A DNA stretch of 64,000 nucleotides from Takakia lepidozioides (GCA_030704615.1 CM060732.1:49972001-50036000), one strand, 5' to 3'; shown: positions 45,840 through 59,665, counted from the stretch's first letter. A program made the numbers and translations. Notes: generated by a model from the letters alone, not told the origin.

Positions 45840-48800
45840 TGTAGAATTTACACACATGCTTTACGACCTCCTAGTACATAGGTTATAAATAATGCATTTT
45901 AGGCTAGTCTGTATTTTGAACATTCTGCGTACCAGAGTGATTGTAGCTAACTCTTATCGTTACTTTGTATAAATCAATTTTTGCGAATCGGAGTTCTTAC
46001 TGTTCCTACCGTACTAGTTCATGCTTGCTGATTTTCTACATGGTATCAGAGTGGGTTTATGGTGTCGCCTCCATTAGCTAGCATAGGAATAGTCAAGCGA
46101 TGCTCTCAATCATCTCTGTTAGCACAGGAATTATAGTCAAGCGATGAGCGTTGCTTTCGTTCATCTCTACTCTATTTGATGAGTTCAGAGGCTCTTGCAT
46201 GACTAGAGATATAATTAGACACTCAATCTAAGAGATCAGTCGAAAGGAACGAGTCTAATCCTAGGATTCATTTTTTCAAGGATGTCAAACTACGGTGACA
46301 CACGGATAAATGATATCAGTAAACTTGTAGGGGCCCGCCTAATTATTATGCTGGAGATTCCCAATGAAGAACATCTTGACGAGAAAGATGTTATGGCACC
46401 TAGTTGTGCATGACCCAAGTCGAGCAGTACAAGCCAACGTGGATGAGGAAGCACAACTGAAGCTGCAAGCTTTGACCATCATTAGTCTTGCAGTGAAAGA
46501 TGAGATCATCCCCCATATTCAAGATATGGAGGATCCAGCAGAATGCTGGAATAAGCTAAAATAGTTGTTCGAGTCAAATACCACCGCACAAAGACTGGAT
46601 GTTACGAAACAAGATTCAGATTCTCATAATGGAGGAGGGCTCTGATATGAATGAATTTTACTCATGGTAAAAGATCTCATGGTTCAGGTCGTTGGGTCTA
46701 GAGATTCTATTCGTGAAGATGAAATTGTACTAACTCTATTGACACTTCCAGAAGGTTATGAAGCATTTTTACAGGGTGTTGCTTCACAAAACGATCTGCC
46801 GAGTTTCGATAAACTTCCAAGCAAGTTTCTCCAAGAATCTCACCGAAGAGAGCTCAAATGAGAAAAATGGTCAGATGACGAAGCCCTAGTGTTAATCAAG
46901 TTCAAGAAGATGATGAGTGAAAAAGAAAGGCGGTTGCAAAGAAGAAGAAGCAGCGCAAACGACCAAAGAAATGTTATACATGTAAAGTTTGGATAGCTCT
47001 AGAGATTGTACGAAGAAGGATGAAGCAGACAAAGGTAAACCTGGCAAACATTCGGCCAATATTGTTCAAGATACGACTGAAGAAGAGGAAGCCGAAGTGG
47101 TTGAAGAAAACGTTGATTTGTTTGAAGCACAGATAGTAGCTATTGATCTCGACGATTCAACAAACCTTGGTACTTTGATTCTGAAGCTACAAAGCACGTT
47201 ACAGGGGAGTGCAGTTACATGCACAAGATCAAGAAACCGGCCATTGTTTCACGAATCAAAACTGTTGATGGGCAATTACACTCTGTTGACGGCAAGGGTG
47301 ATGTTACTATTTCAACTTCATTTGATGGTTCAATAAAGAAGATAACCAATGTATGTCCCGAGGTTGACTAAGAATTTATTGTCTGTTGGGATGATCGCAG
47401 ATAGAGGCTACATTGTCATGTTTGATGCTACAAAATATCTAGTGATAAAATCCAAAGACCCAGAGAGCATAGTCGCTGAAGATAGCCGTGATCTAAAAAA
47501 TGGCTTATACAAGATTGAAACTTGTACAACAGACCTATAATCAGTTTCAACCAGTGAAGAGCCAAGTTATGGCATCGCAGAATGGGTCATATAAACTATC
47601 AGTCGTTTCATTGGTTTAGCCACAGACAAATGGTCACTGTGATTCCTAAGTTATCCCAAATTGATCATGTGATCTATGAAGGATGTATGCTAGTAGGCAA
47701 ACAGACTAGGGAGAGAACCCCTAAGTCATCCACCTTTAGATCGCAATCAACTCTTGATCTCATACACTCATATTTGTGCGGACCTATTTTTGTCCCGTCA
47801 CTCTCAGGTTCAATATTCTTCGTGACTTTCACAGATGGCCAAATTCTCGAAAGACTTGGATCTACTTTATGAGAGCAAAATCTGAAACCTCGAGTATGTT
47901 CAAAGTATTCAAGAAGGAAGGTTGAGAATCAAAGTGAGAGAAAAAAGCAAAATGTTAAGGACGGATAGGGGTAGCAAATACATATGGAATGAGTTTGTAC
48001 AGCCTTTTGTCAACAAACGAGATTAAGCGCCAATTGACCCAGGCCCATACTCCCCATCAAAATGGAGTGTCAGAGTGGAAAAATCAAACAATTATGGCAA
48101 AAGCCAGGAGCATGTTTCTATGAAGCAACGTACCCAAGTACTTGTGGACAGAAGCAGTGAATACTGCAAACTATTTAGTGAACATGTGTCATCTACACGA
48201 GCCAATAAAGGGATGACACCCGAGGAGCTGTTTTCTAAAAGAAGTCCAAATATTCAACATCTAAAGGTTTATGGTTGCAAAGGAATCCAAGAAAAAAAAA
48301 ACAAAAAACAAAATGGATGCAAAGAATATCAAGTGCATGCTGGTGGGATACGATGAGCAAACAAAGCTTATCAATGTTTCAACCCGATCACTCGCAGGTT
48401 ATAATTAGCCGTGATGTGAAGTTTAATGGACATCGGACATGTTTGTCAAATTTGGAGACTTTAATTGCACCAAATCCCGAGAAGTTGGTTGTAGCAGGAG
48501 AAGATGGAGGAATGCGACAACATAATAGACATAAAGTTGTTCAAAAGACAGATCAGGTTGCTGAACACTCTCAAAATGATGAACTTTGGAACATCCCTAC
48601 AGAAACTACCGTTGAAACATACATTAAGATTCCAGAATCAAGTCATAAATACATGTGAGAGGATGATGAGGAGAGCAGTCGGTGAACCATCAGAAGAAGA
48701 GAGTGCATCCTTCGAACCAAGGCAATAAGAACCAAGGCGATCAAGTAGAGTTACCAAGTTCTCATCCAGTTGAATGATTTCATCCGAGTAGGTTATCTTG

Positions 48801-50588
48801 ATTTGCCTTAGGAACCAAAATCTTACCAGGAAGCGGCCATAGATAAACGATGGCAAGAGGCCATGAACTCTAAAATGGATTTTATCTATCGGAATAAAGC
48901 TTGGGAGCTAGTCGAATTGTCAGATAGGAAACTTCCTATCCTAGGAAAATGGGTGTTCAAAGTTAAAACTGACACAACAGGGAAACCTCAAAATTTACAA
49001 GGGTGGTTTCAAGCAACAAGAAGGTGTGGACTATGATGAGACCTTTGTCCCTGTGGTGAAATGGGGTTCCATTAGGTCAGTTATTGCTCAAAACTGATTT
49101 CTTAAATCATGGTTGGGACATATGTCAGTTACATGTCAAAACTGATTTCTTAAATGGTGACTTGGAGGAAGATGTCTTTATGACCCAGCCATCGGGCTTT
49201 GGAAAGAAAGAGAAAGAGACCCTGGTTTGTAGGCTTCTAAAAACTTTGTATGGCTTGAAACAAGCTCAGCGAACTTCGTATCAAAAAATGGATGGGTTTC
49301 TCAAACAACAAAAGATAAAGAAGACAAACTCAAACTACAATTTATACTTTTCGTCATACTCCTACTCTATGTTGACGACTTGTTGTTGACTAGCAGTCAT
49401 ACTCGTAGAATAAGTCAACTTCAACGAGAGCTGAAATCCAGATTTGAAATGTCGGATTCAGAGAGACTTGGGCGCTATCTTGCTGTAGAATTCTTATTTT
49501 TGCCAAAAGGAATATTTATGACGTAGCGGGCTTTATGTCGAAGCTATGCTTCAGCAATTCGGCATGGAGCCGTGTAATTCAGCCAAAGTCCCAATGGCAG
49601 AAGGCATTAAGCTCGCAACGGATATGGTAGAAAGCAAAGTAAATGCAACATTATATCGAGAAATGGTTGGCAAGATAATCTATCTTTCGAATTCAAGACC
49701 AGACATCGTGTTTGCTGTTAGAGTGGTGAGTTCATGGCAGAACCACAAACAATATCACACATAAATGCCGTTCGAAGCAAATCTTGAGGTATTTGATAGA
49801 CTTTGGGTTAATGTACTGGCAAGGAGACGACAACAACCTAGAGGTTTACAGATTCTGATTGGGCAGGTGACAACGATTCAAGGAGATCAACCAGTGGTTA
49901 TGTTTTCAGAATTGGTTCATCCCCCATCACTCGGAGTTCCAAGAGGCAGCCGACTGTTACGCTCTCTTCCACCGAAGCATAATGTCGATCGTTGGCAGAT
50001 CATGGTGCTAATTAGAGACCACGTGGTTAAGAAATATAATGGAAGAAAAATAGGATTTACAAAATCAGAACCCACTCTTATTTTGTGATAATCAAAGTAG
50101 TCTTAAGATTGCTAACAATCCAGTGTTCATGCCAGGACTAAACACATAGAGGTTCATTATCATTATATTCGAGAGAGGATAGTGAACAAGGAAGTGGACT
50201 TATATCATATTCCCACTCAAGAGCAGTTAGCTGATTTCTTTACTAAACCGCGAGGTTTGAAGAGATGAGAGACAAATTAGAAATCAGAAGTGCAACCAAT
50301 CTTTAGAAGTAACTCACTTCATTAGACTAATGTATATAGGATAAATAAGGTGTGAGAGGAGGTGTAGAATTTACACATCTTCTTTATGACCTCCTAGTAT
50401 ATAGGTAGATAATGTGTTTTAGGCCGGTCTATACTTTGAACATTCTACGTACGGGAGTGATTGTAGCTAACTCTTATCGTCAGTCTTTATGAGTAGTTAG
50501 CATGTCTACACTCTGTACAAATCAACTTTAGCTAATCAAAGTTCTTATTGTTCCTACCACAGTAGTTCATGCTTGCTGATTTTCTACA
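45840..50588 (+). mobile_element. Full-length but decayed Ty1/Copia LTR retrotransposon
   Basis: LTRs 45840-46040 and 50363-50588 (TGTAGAA...TTCTACA), PBS TGGTATCAGAG at 46041, PPT GAGAGGAGG at 50354-50362, TSD CAGTT on both sides. Fragmented Gag, PR, IN (LWHRRMGH, TPHQNGVSE), RT (FLNGDL, LYGLKQA) and RH (RTKHIEVHYH). Confidence 0.95.
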
Positions 50589-50654
50589 CAGTTCTGTGAG
50601 GAACAAAAAGAAATAGATGCTACATTTGTGAGTGGCTCCACTACTGCAAATTGG

Positions 50655-51835
50655 GGTTTGGGGGAGGGGGGGGGGGGGGGTTATTGTTTTAGCGACGCCA
50701 GCCGCGCCCCCACGTTGGGCGTGCGACGCCACCCCCGGGGCGTCGCAACCCCCTGCTACGACCATAACTGTCGCAAAGTGGCATGAAGGGGAAATGGGCC
50801 CCCCAAGGGCGCCGGACATGCGACGGTGGTGCGTCGCCGCGGGGGGTTGCGACTGGTTTTTTTTTCTTGCGACGCCGGGGGGTCGCAACACCCTAATTAT
50901 TATTATTATTATTATTATTATTTTGGGCATTGCAACCCCCCAGCGTCGCAAAGCATCGCTGCACCCCCCCCCCCCCCTTCCCGCACTGAGGCACCCAACG
51001 CTGCGACATCAGGGAGGTCGCAACGACGTAGCCACAAAGGGTTTTTTTTTTTTTTTTTTTTTTTTTTTTGGGTGTTGCGGCCCCCAACGTCACAAAAGCG
51101 TTGCTGGGGCGCCCAACGCTGCGACGCCAGGTGGTCGCAACGGTGTCGTAGCCAGCTTGGGGCATCACAAGGACGTTGGGGCTGCAACAACGGCGACGAC
51201 GCTGGGACTAGGTTGGGGCGGGGCTGGGCACTAAGTTGCGGAGGTTGCAATTCCCCGGCGTCACAAGAGGGACCCCCTTAGAAGGAACTTGAAAGAAATC
51301 TTGATATGTATATATATACTTAGACTGCTTTTGTGATACATAGATGTATCGTAGGTGTGTTGGTTAGTCTGTATTGTTTTAGAAATGTTATAACGTGGAG
51401 GTCCTAGGTTCAAATATGCATTGCCTAATATATATACTGTCATTGGACAGAACCGGAGTCGGCGTCGCCACAAAGTTTTTGAGATTCAAATTCAAATTTT
51501 CCCACCTAAATTCAAATGTACCCCTGTAAACTGCGACGTCCGGGGGTCGCACTTTATGACCCCCGAACATTGCTAATGCGGCATCGCAGATAAGGAAACC
51601 CCCCCCCCCAAAAAAAAAAAAAAAAAAAAAAAAAAAAACGACGTCCGGGGTCGCATGTCGCGTCGGCGTCGCTGCAAGTCGCCCTAGCGTTACCTAGCGA
51701 CCCCCCTGCGTTGCATAATTAGCGATGATATTCTAGCGACGCCCAGACGTCGCAATCTGGGGCTTCTACCCCACCCCAAAAGGGGGCTTTAGCGACGCAT
51801 CGGCGTAGCTACTCCCCCCCCCCCCCCCCCCCCCC
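50655..51835. repeat. GC-rich array of GCGAC/GTCGC motifs with homopolymer tracts (probable non-autonomous DNA transposon)
   Basis: Many (T)GCGAC(G) motifs in both orientations, with poly-G at the left end, poly-C at the right end, and (ATT)n, poly-T and poly-A inside. Confidence 0.55.
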
Positions 51836-52785
51836 ATTTTTTATTTTTTTTTCTCTCTATAATGCTCAGCCCATATTTTTTAGGCGAAATAAAGCCAGAA
51901 AGCACTCGAACTTTGTGGGTTGCGACACGCCCTTGTAAAAAAACAGGGGAAAAAATGAGAAAAAAACTAAAAAACGTGCATTCCCTGGTGGAGTGTCACC
52001 ATAAAGCACCAAGGGAACCACCCCTTGGCGCCTGGAACCGGATCCTGTGGCATCCACCATCCAACGTCGGCCGGCCCCTGTTGGCGTGGTAGCCGTGGGG
52101 GATCTCGCCATGTGCTCCGCCCTGGGCCGTCTGTTCGCCAAGCGTTTTAGGGCTGGAGGGGGTGGCCGTCACCATTGCGCGGCAGCTGTCACTCTGAGTT
52201 CATCAATGTACCTTGAGTTCATGTGCGTCGCCAGGTTCGTTTAGTGTACGCTTGTTTATTGGGAGGGACTTCAAGGATGCGGGGGAGCTTCAATGGAGTC
52301 TCTGCTTAAATTTGCAGAGTTCCTTTTGTGCTGGAGGGAAGATTCAAGAGCCCCTTTGTTTCCATCATGTCTGTGAGTGTAGTGAAAATATCGACGTTGA
52401 CATTTGGTATTTGGGCAATTTTCATCGGGGCCTGCTGCCTAGACAGTCTGTTTTGGACGTGGTAGCTTAGTATTAGTTCCCCCTTGCATGTTTAGATTGC
52501 AAGAGGCATCACTGTTGTCTCTGCAGGTTCAGATTGAGTTTTTCGCATTTGTAACTCAGTGCCTTTTGGGCCCAAGACACAATATATTTATTTAATTTGA
52601 GTACAAGGGCCTCCGTCCCATTTTTATTTAAAAAACATTTTAAAAAATCCGTTATTGCCATGTGTCCTATCCAAAGTGGGCTACTGTCGACCCTGGATGT
52701 TAAATGCTTTTTTGTTATGTTACCCTTAATGTTATGAAATCTTGGCTCTGTAAAAATTACACTTTGAAAACAACAACATAACATG

Positions 52786-53070
52786 AACATAATGGTTTTG
52801 AAAATAGATATTACCTCAACAATTATTTTTGACCTCCCTCAGAAACTATTGTTGAGGTAATTTTCTTTAAAAGTAAAACATAATGGTTTTGAAAACAGAT
52901 ATTACCTCAACAATTATTTTTGACCTCCCTCAAAACTATTGTTGAGGTTTTTTTTTTTTTTTCTAAACAAACATAATGGTTTTGAAAACAGATATTACCT
53001 CAACAATTATTTTTTACCTCCCTCAAAAACTATTGTTGAGGTAATTTCCTTTTAAAAAAACATAATGGTT
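52786..53070. repeat. Three ~90 bp tandem units, each with an internal inverted repeat
   Basis: Units start at 52786, 52877 and 52970 (partial fourth at 53059). Each has ATTACCTCAACAAT...ATTGTTGAGGT(AAT). Confidence 0.9.
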
Positions 53071-55147
53071 GATATGTGATAGAAAATAAAAGATATATTA
53101 TAATTTTTCTGCTCTATAGGAATAACAATTATCTAGGGTCGACTGTATGGAGCCAGATTAATGACATTGGCCTTTTTATGGTAGCCACTTTGCTGCAATA
53201 TAAGGGCTCCTTGCGCCAGATTTATCTGCCCTGCTTTGAACATGTGTCGCCCTTGCAATTCATCTTGGTTATATATGGTCGCCATATTGCGACAGTATGG
53301 TGCGTAGCTGTAGCCACGTACAATCCACGTGGAAAACAGCTAGTTCGCCACCTATGCACTCTACCCCACCAGTTTGTAGCCACATGGCCGCTGTACATGA
53401 AATGAAAAAAAAATGGGTTGGTCCTCACTCCAACAATGTGACATACCTTAGTAGAGATAATTAGTTAAGTTGTTGTGTGTGAGTTGCCAACAAATATACT
53501 CCAACAAGGCCAGGGCTTTAGGCTCAGCCTCAAGATTCCCACCCTGAGTTAAAATGTCAGTCTAGTGCAGAGTGAGAAAGAGAGACAAGACTCCATGCCC
53601 CCTCTGAGGGAGCTGTCACTGTTGCTAGATTGCATAGCCAGAGAGGGCAACAAATTCTGACAATTGGAAAACTGTAAGAAGGTAACATTTGCACTTTCAG
53701 GGTCGTTTCTCAGAGAAAAGGAAGGAGCACACCCTGTTTGCATATTGATAGAAGCCCATGTGGTCTCTGATGCTATTTTCATGTTTTTTTGTAACAGCCC
53801 CAGCAACTGGGCCTTGATGGGGGGGTCAATTAACCCTTAAGTGGTATATCGACCCAAATTGGGTCGCTTGGGTTTGCTTAACCGACCATAACTTCACGTG
53901 GTTAAGGCTGATTAGCCCAAATTTGAGCTCATTGGATAGATAATCGGATCCCCCTTCATATGGCATTGGCCAATTGATCAATGCCTGAAGGGATAGGCAT
54001 CTGGACCAATATGAAGGGGGCACACTCAGTTTTTTGAGGTCATTTTGGCCCCCCCTAACCTGCCCAAGTTGCTGATGTGGCAACTGCGGTCAGGTTAGGG
54101 TGAGTGAAAGATACCCCATAAAGGAGTGGGCCAAACCTTCTCGGTATGGCTCCAAACGCACCTAGGCCTTCAGGCTATAACACAAGTGCAAGGAACCTAA
54201 AGATGCTATGACATTGACTGATTGGTCCCAAATTTGTTTGGGGATTTCATATGGATGCCCATGACTCTTCAACCGGAGGGATTAGGAATGGTGCACATTA
54301 GAAAAGGCCCGGGAGTTTAATGCGACCCCTTCGGTCTTGCCTGCGTGGCACCCCCCGCCACCCCAGCCGCACCCCCTTCGCCGGCTCCTGCGGCTCGCGG
54401 TCGCTGCGCCCCAGCGCGCCCTCGCCCCCACCCCTCCTGCCCCCCCCCCCCCCCCCCCCCCCGCCGGCCGTCACCACACCCACATGAACTCTGTGGCACA
54501 TGACACCTATCACCACAACCCAACATCGCGCACGGCATTAGCACATGACTCGGATGGATGGGATGTAACATGATCCATGTGCTGCAATCACCCATGATGA
54601 TGGACGGCTTGACATGACAGGATGTGACACATACTCATATATGGCCGTAGGGAGATCGGGATGATCATGCTTTCGTGCTTTTTGCGTCCAGTTCGCACGC
54701 ACATGGTGGACCTGTCGATTCGAATGCGGCCCCTCAGCTGTCACTCCCCATGTCGATGCTTGAATGATTTAATTCATGGCAGCCACAAGACAGGTTTTCC
54801 AAGCTTCCTGGCGTTTGCATGGCCCGAAATGTATGATCCCGGCGGAAGCGGTGTTACAAGCACTTCCTTGCACAGTATGCATCGCGGCTGTTATAAACTG
54901 TTGACTGAGTTGTGGCGGTGAAGCGATTACTCATTCGACTTGAGTATAAGGTTTCTTTTTGGAGAATTTGAAAGTCATTCGTGTGATTTGTAGCTATTTT
55001 CTTCCTCTTGCTTGCCATTTCTGTCTATTGCAGTCCATTTGCGTGCTTCATGTTTTAGTGTGAGTTCTGGCTTTCACATTCCAGCAACCTTTGCTCTGTT
55101 GGAGGATTCTTCAGGAGGAGGGTAGTGGATTTGGAGTGGGCGCCGAT

Positions 55148-55828
55148 ATGGTGAAACAATTCTCCATGCGCGAAACACGTCGGACGTACAATGAAATGTA
55201 CGACTCTGATGAGTGGGAAAATCTCATATGCAAGGCTCACTTAGAGGCAAGGGTTGAGCAGCCCGGTGATGATAGTAGGAAGCCATTCAAGTGTATCCAC
55301 TGTCTTAAGCAATATAAAGATAAGAAGAAATTTAACATTCACAAGATAAATGGTTGTGATGCTGTTGTGGGAAAGGGTGGGCCTAATCTAAAAATGTACC
55401 ATGTTTTTGAAAAGGGGCAGAGGCACATCATGGAGGTTGTTCTTAGTAAGCACGGGACGAAGCCTCCTTCCTACAAGTTGATGAAGACGAGGGTAGAACG
55501 CGAGGAGACGACGGCAGAAGAGACTACACGAGGACCTAAGCGCAGGAAGCACATTAGTCTTCGGAAGGAGCCGGGAGTGGACCTTGACGATGATGATGAC
55601 GATGACGATTTCCAGTTGTTGGACGCACCACCTACGCTGCCACAACAGACTGTTAGACCTCAGCGCATTCGAAAGGACTCATTGGACGCACCTCTGCCAT
55701 CACAAGAAAGTCTTCCATCTGAGCGCATTGTCAAGTCTACGTTTGTAGGACCTCCTGTCGTGCCACAACAAACACTAGAAGCATTCGTGTCATTTACCAC
55801 TAGGGTAACGACTCATTTTGAGTCATAA
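55148..55828 (+). CDS. Putative zinc-finger protein (C-x2-C-x12-H-x4-C) with an acidic tract, probably TE-associated
   Basis: KPFKCIHCLKQYKDKKKFNIHKINGC, basic PKRRK segment and poly-Asp in a 245-codon open frame. Gene ends uncertain. Confidence 0.45.
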   Translation: MVKQFSMRETRRTYNEMYDSDEWENLICKAHLEARVEQPGDDSRKPFKCIHCLKQYKDKKKFNIHKINGCDAVVGKGGPNLKMYHVFEKGQRHIMEVVLSKHGTKPPSYKLMKTRVEREETTAEETTRGPKRRKHISLRKEPGVDLDDDDDDDDFQLLDAPPTLPQQTVRPQRIRKDSLDAPLPSQESLPSERIVKSTFVGPPVVPQQTLEAFVSFTTRVTTHFES

Positions 55829-56897
55829 AAGTAAAAAAACTTGGATCGACTGGAAGTTACAACAGACTAGTTACAACAGACGTGGTAGTTGGGTTGGACA
55901 TCCAATGATTGGAGTGGTAAAGGACGCAGACGCGCGAACAACTGCTCAGCGATTAATGCGATTAATGCTGAAGAACCACGTGGCGTAACTAGGCGGGCCG
56001 CCCGTGTGTCTGACCTTTTGGGCTGACTTTGACTTTTCCCTCCAGATGAGTGGACTGACTCATCCGGGGCGCGGTGACACATGGACGGACGTGGATGCGG
56101 ACGTGGATGCCGATGTGGCGGCGCCGCGACGAGCGGCAATGCTGCCGCGTGGCCACGGGCCCAAGACGCCACATCGCAGTCGGCCACATCACTTGGAGTG
56201 CTGCATGTAACGTCGCAACAGCCACTGGCGAAGTCGACTGCACAACTTCTGGCAGACGAATCCACGGGGACCACGTGGAGAGTGTGTGGGTCGACGCGTG
56301 GCGTCGTCCCCACGCAATGGCAGTGACGGGTACGGCTGCTAGTGGAAAGATGCAGAGTGCTTGTGCCATCTCGGGACTGCTTTGGCCAACTCCGCTGCCA
56401 CTGTGCTAGTTGGTTGCACTACAGTAGGAAAGCACGAAAAATGAGCACTTGTAGTGGTTTGTGTGAGTTTCCAACTGACCTGCATTCTAAGCTGAAAATA
56501 TGGTTCTGATGCATTCTACTGGTTTTAGTGGTTCACCCATATGCAGGGGGAATTGAGAAGCAATGATACTGGGCGAGACTCAGAACACAGACCACGATGC
56601 ATGCACAACATCACGCTAATGAACCAAATAGACGAGGCAACAGGGAGACCAAAGACCATCACACATACACATAGAAGGTGGACGGACACGACGACAAGTC
56701 AGGAAATGTGATATTACATTCAAATTAGAGACCGTCACGGCACACCTGCATATGAGCAAGACTAAATGCCAACATACATGGTTGCCGGACATCACTTAAA
56801 CTGTCATGGCCCAAATGTTCAAAACTGGTAACGTGAGTATCATACACACTTCTATGAGTATCATTACACACCCAACAGGGACTACAAACATGAAATG

Positions 56898-59640
56898 TCA
56901 CTTGATACTTTCACCTTTCCTCATACTCTTCTCTGGCCACAGAGTCACCGTGCCTTTCATGTGCGCTAGTGTGATCTGGGGGGGGGGGGCATCGTCCATA
57001 TTTGGGCAAGGCAATGTAATACTTGGAAGCATGATCTCGTGGACTTTCACCTTGTACCACCCCGGATCGAATGTCCTTGCAGTGGAACTTGTCAACCCCG
57101 GCTATTCCCACCACTTCCGCCTTGGCGGTGGCTGTCTTTGACTGCTTGTCATGGGGGTTCAGGAGAAACACAGGATTTGATATCTGCAGACACCAACATC
57201 AGGGTCCACTCAGCAACAAACATAGCAATGACAGGGTGAAAGTCAAGCGCAGCTGGGCATGGAAACGATCTTGGTTGCCATAATACTGAATCAACAGCAA
57301 ATTCACGGTGTACCAACGTACCTTGAAGCGAAGCTCGTCGCTGAGGGTGGCAACTGAGGAAAGCTGCCCACGTGTCTTCAACTGCAGTAGCAAAAAGAGG
57401 TTTAGTCAGACGGATAAGAATAACATGAACTCTGGTGGTTGCAATGGTATAAACACACCTCCACGGAGCAAGCTAACAAACACCCTGCTCAGACCCTGCA
57501 CACTACAACTTCCTGGCAAAAATAACCCTACTAAAAACTAGCCAGGCAAAGCAAGGAGCCATGAATGCATGCCTGGGGAACCACGTCCTGCTGCGATGAT
57601 GGTGTCGGGGACAGCCCACTCCTCTTGCTCACCTGCAATGAATACACATTGCAACGCTTCAGGAAGTGTATCCATAAAGGAAACCAACCAAGTAAGTTTG
57701 CGGAGAGGGGCTGGGAACAACCATACCTTGGGCGCTGCCTCCTCATGCCGGGGGGGGAAATCCGGAATGCTGCCGCCGTAGCACTATGGTCCTAGGCGCA
57801 GGACCCACCTTCTTCACATTCGACCCCACTGCCACTCCCTGTACATATGGTCCCTGCAAAACATATAGTGCCAGCCTTGCGTGAGAGGGCATCCGGGGGG
57901 AACAAAACAAACATGGACTTTGGCTTCGATGTCATGTTGCAAACAGTAAGGTTAGTTTCACCTGCATGGGCGTAGAAGTACTTCCCCCAACGACCCCATC
58001 CTCTCCCACATTCAAGCTGCCAGTCGGGGTCAGCTTCCGCGTGCTTGTGAAGACACGCACATCCTTGGAGCAAAACAAATCTTGGCAGTAGGGCCAGACT
58101 GTTTCTAAAAGGTAGTCTGAATCGGGCCCCTCACTGACATTGCCAGTGACATCAAGCGACAATGGATGGACCATGTTCAAAGGGGAGTTCCCCCTCCCCT
58201 TGTGTGGTGAATCATGCACTAGGAGGGTGTTGGATTCGTTAAATCCAGAAAATTCCGACCACACCCTCGACAGTCTCTTCTGTAAGTTCTGTACGGCAGG
58301 CCCTTTTGGGGTGTGGCTCTGTCAAGGGGTCACACTCCTCTTGTGACCACACAAAGAGGGGAGAACCCTTGACCCCCTGCATCACCACTTTGAAGATGTC
58401 TGCAACATTCCCCTTGGAAGCACAGGACCATATCCCAACGTAGAAACCGGAAGAGAAGGTTTAAAAACTCGCAGACCTGGGGCCTTGGGAAACACTTGTT
58501 GGTGGTCAACACCCATGGCCAATGACGCCTCGGGTTGGGCTGAAAGTTAGGAATAGAGTGGCACATGATCCCGTTCAGGTCTTAGAACAATTAGTTTCGA
58601 CTTTTCTATGAAAGGAGCTTTTGAAGGGGTGTCACGGGGTCTCACCTCAGTGGGTTGGGAGACAACAGTCACCCCGGGGCAAAGTTTCGGTCCCCCTGCA
58701 GCCTGGACCAGGCAAACTACCACCCTCTCCCCCTACAGCTTCCCCTTTTCCCCCATCATGAGCAATGACCCCCCCATCGTCCATGTCATCCCCACCAACT
58801 TGTTGGACCTCTCCCTCTTCAACGAGTGGACCCTGCCCCCCACTGTGAATATCATCAATAACAGCCCGGACCTCTGTCACATCCCTACCCACTACAATTA
58901 CTTCCTCCTTGTCAGGTACAATGGTCGCAGCAGGGGGGTCTTCCATAATGCCACCCGTCACACCCCTTTTTGCCCCATCATGAGTTCCACTATCTTCTTC
59001 AGTTGTGCTTCCATTCCCCTCTCCTGCTCTGCAGAGAGAGCCGCAAGCCTCTCCAGGGCCCCGATGCGGGCTGCCATTGAGTTCCCCGCTCCCTATGCAT
59101 ACAAACACCCACCCGTACTGTTAAAAACCAGAAGAAGAGGCCGAATGTGCATGATTTCAGAACATGCCACAACGTAAGAGCAATGAAAAGGGGGTGAGGG
59201 AGATTACCAAACGGGCTGCTTGGCCTGCAACTCCTGCCCGGCCCCAACGCGAGGGGTTCGTGACACAAGCACGCGCTTGCTTCATCCCTTCAGCCTTTGC
59301 AAGTCCACGAGGGGACTCCCAGTAGGCAACAAGCTTATCCCAATAGGTGGGTTCAGTGTTCATTGGCCTCACACCAGTCTTCGCCCATTTATCTTTCAGT
59401 TTTGCTCTTTCTCCTTTCATTATCTTCCCACATTGCTTCACTATAAAATCACGATTGGCAGGGATAGGTGTGTACTCATACATTCCATTTATGCCCTCTA
59501 TTACTGTTGACATGGCACTCTGGGACTGCTGGTCAATGTCTTGTATGCTTGAGTCAAGGTAACGCAATGCCAGGCCACGCAAATCACGCTGCCAGTGTTC
59601 CTTACCTTCGCAGCCAGCATTGATGGCTCCATTTCCAGAG
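56898..59640 (-). pseudogene. Transposon accessory pseudogene: Ptta/En-Spm-like N-terminus, coiled coil and acidic linker, FCP1/NIF-like HAD phosphatase domain, Tnp1-like C-terminus
   Basis: PTYWDKLVAYWESP (~59300); KLIVL/DLNGIMCH, FPRPQVCEFL and FNESNTLLVHDSPHKG (58600-58160); WYKVKVHEI...LPCP...TL...TLWP (57070-56930). Several frameshifts and GT-AG introns. Confidence 0.65.
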
Positions 59641-59665
59641 GTTTACTATTTCATGAGCAGAAACC

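Noticed and set aside
50532-51281. ORFs with poly-Ile, poly-Phe, poly-Lys and poly-Pro
   Set aside because: Artefacts of homopolymer and (ATT)n tracts in a GC-rich repeat.
52786-53070. CRISPR array (regular palindromic repeats)
   Set aside because: The sequences between the palindromes are repeated too, so there are no unique spacers; no cas genes; eukaryotic context.
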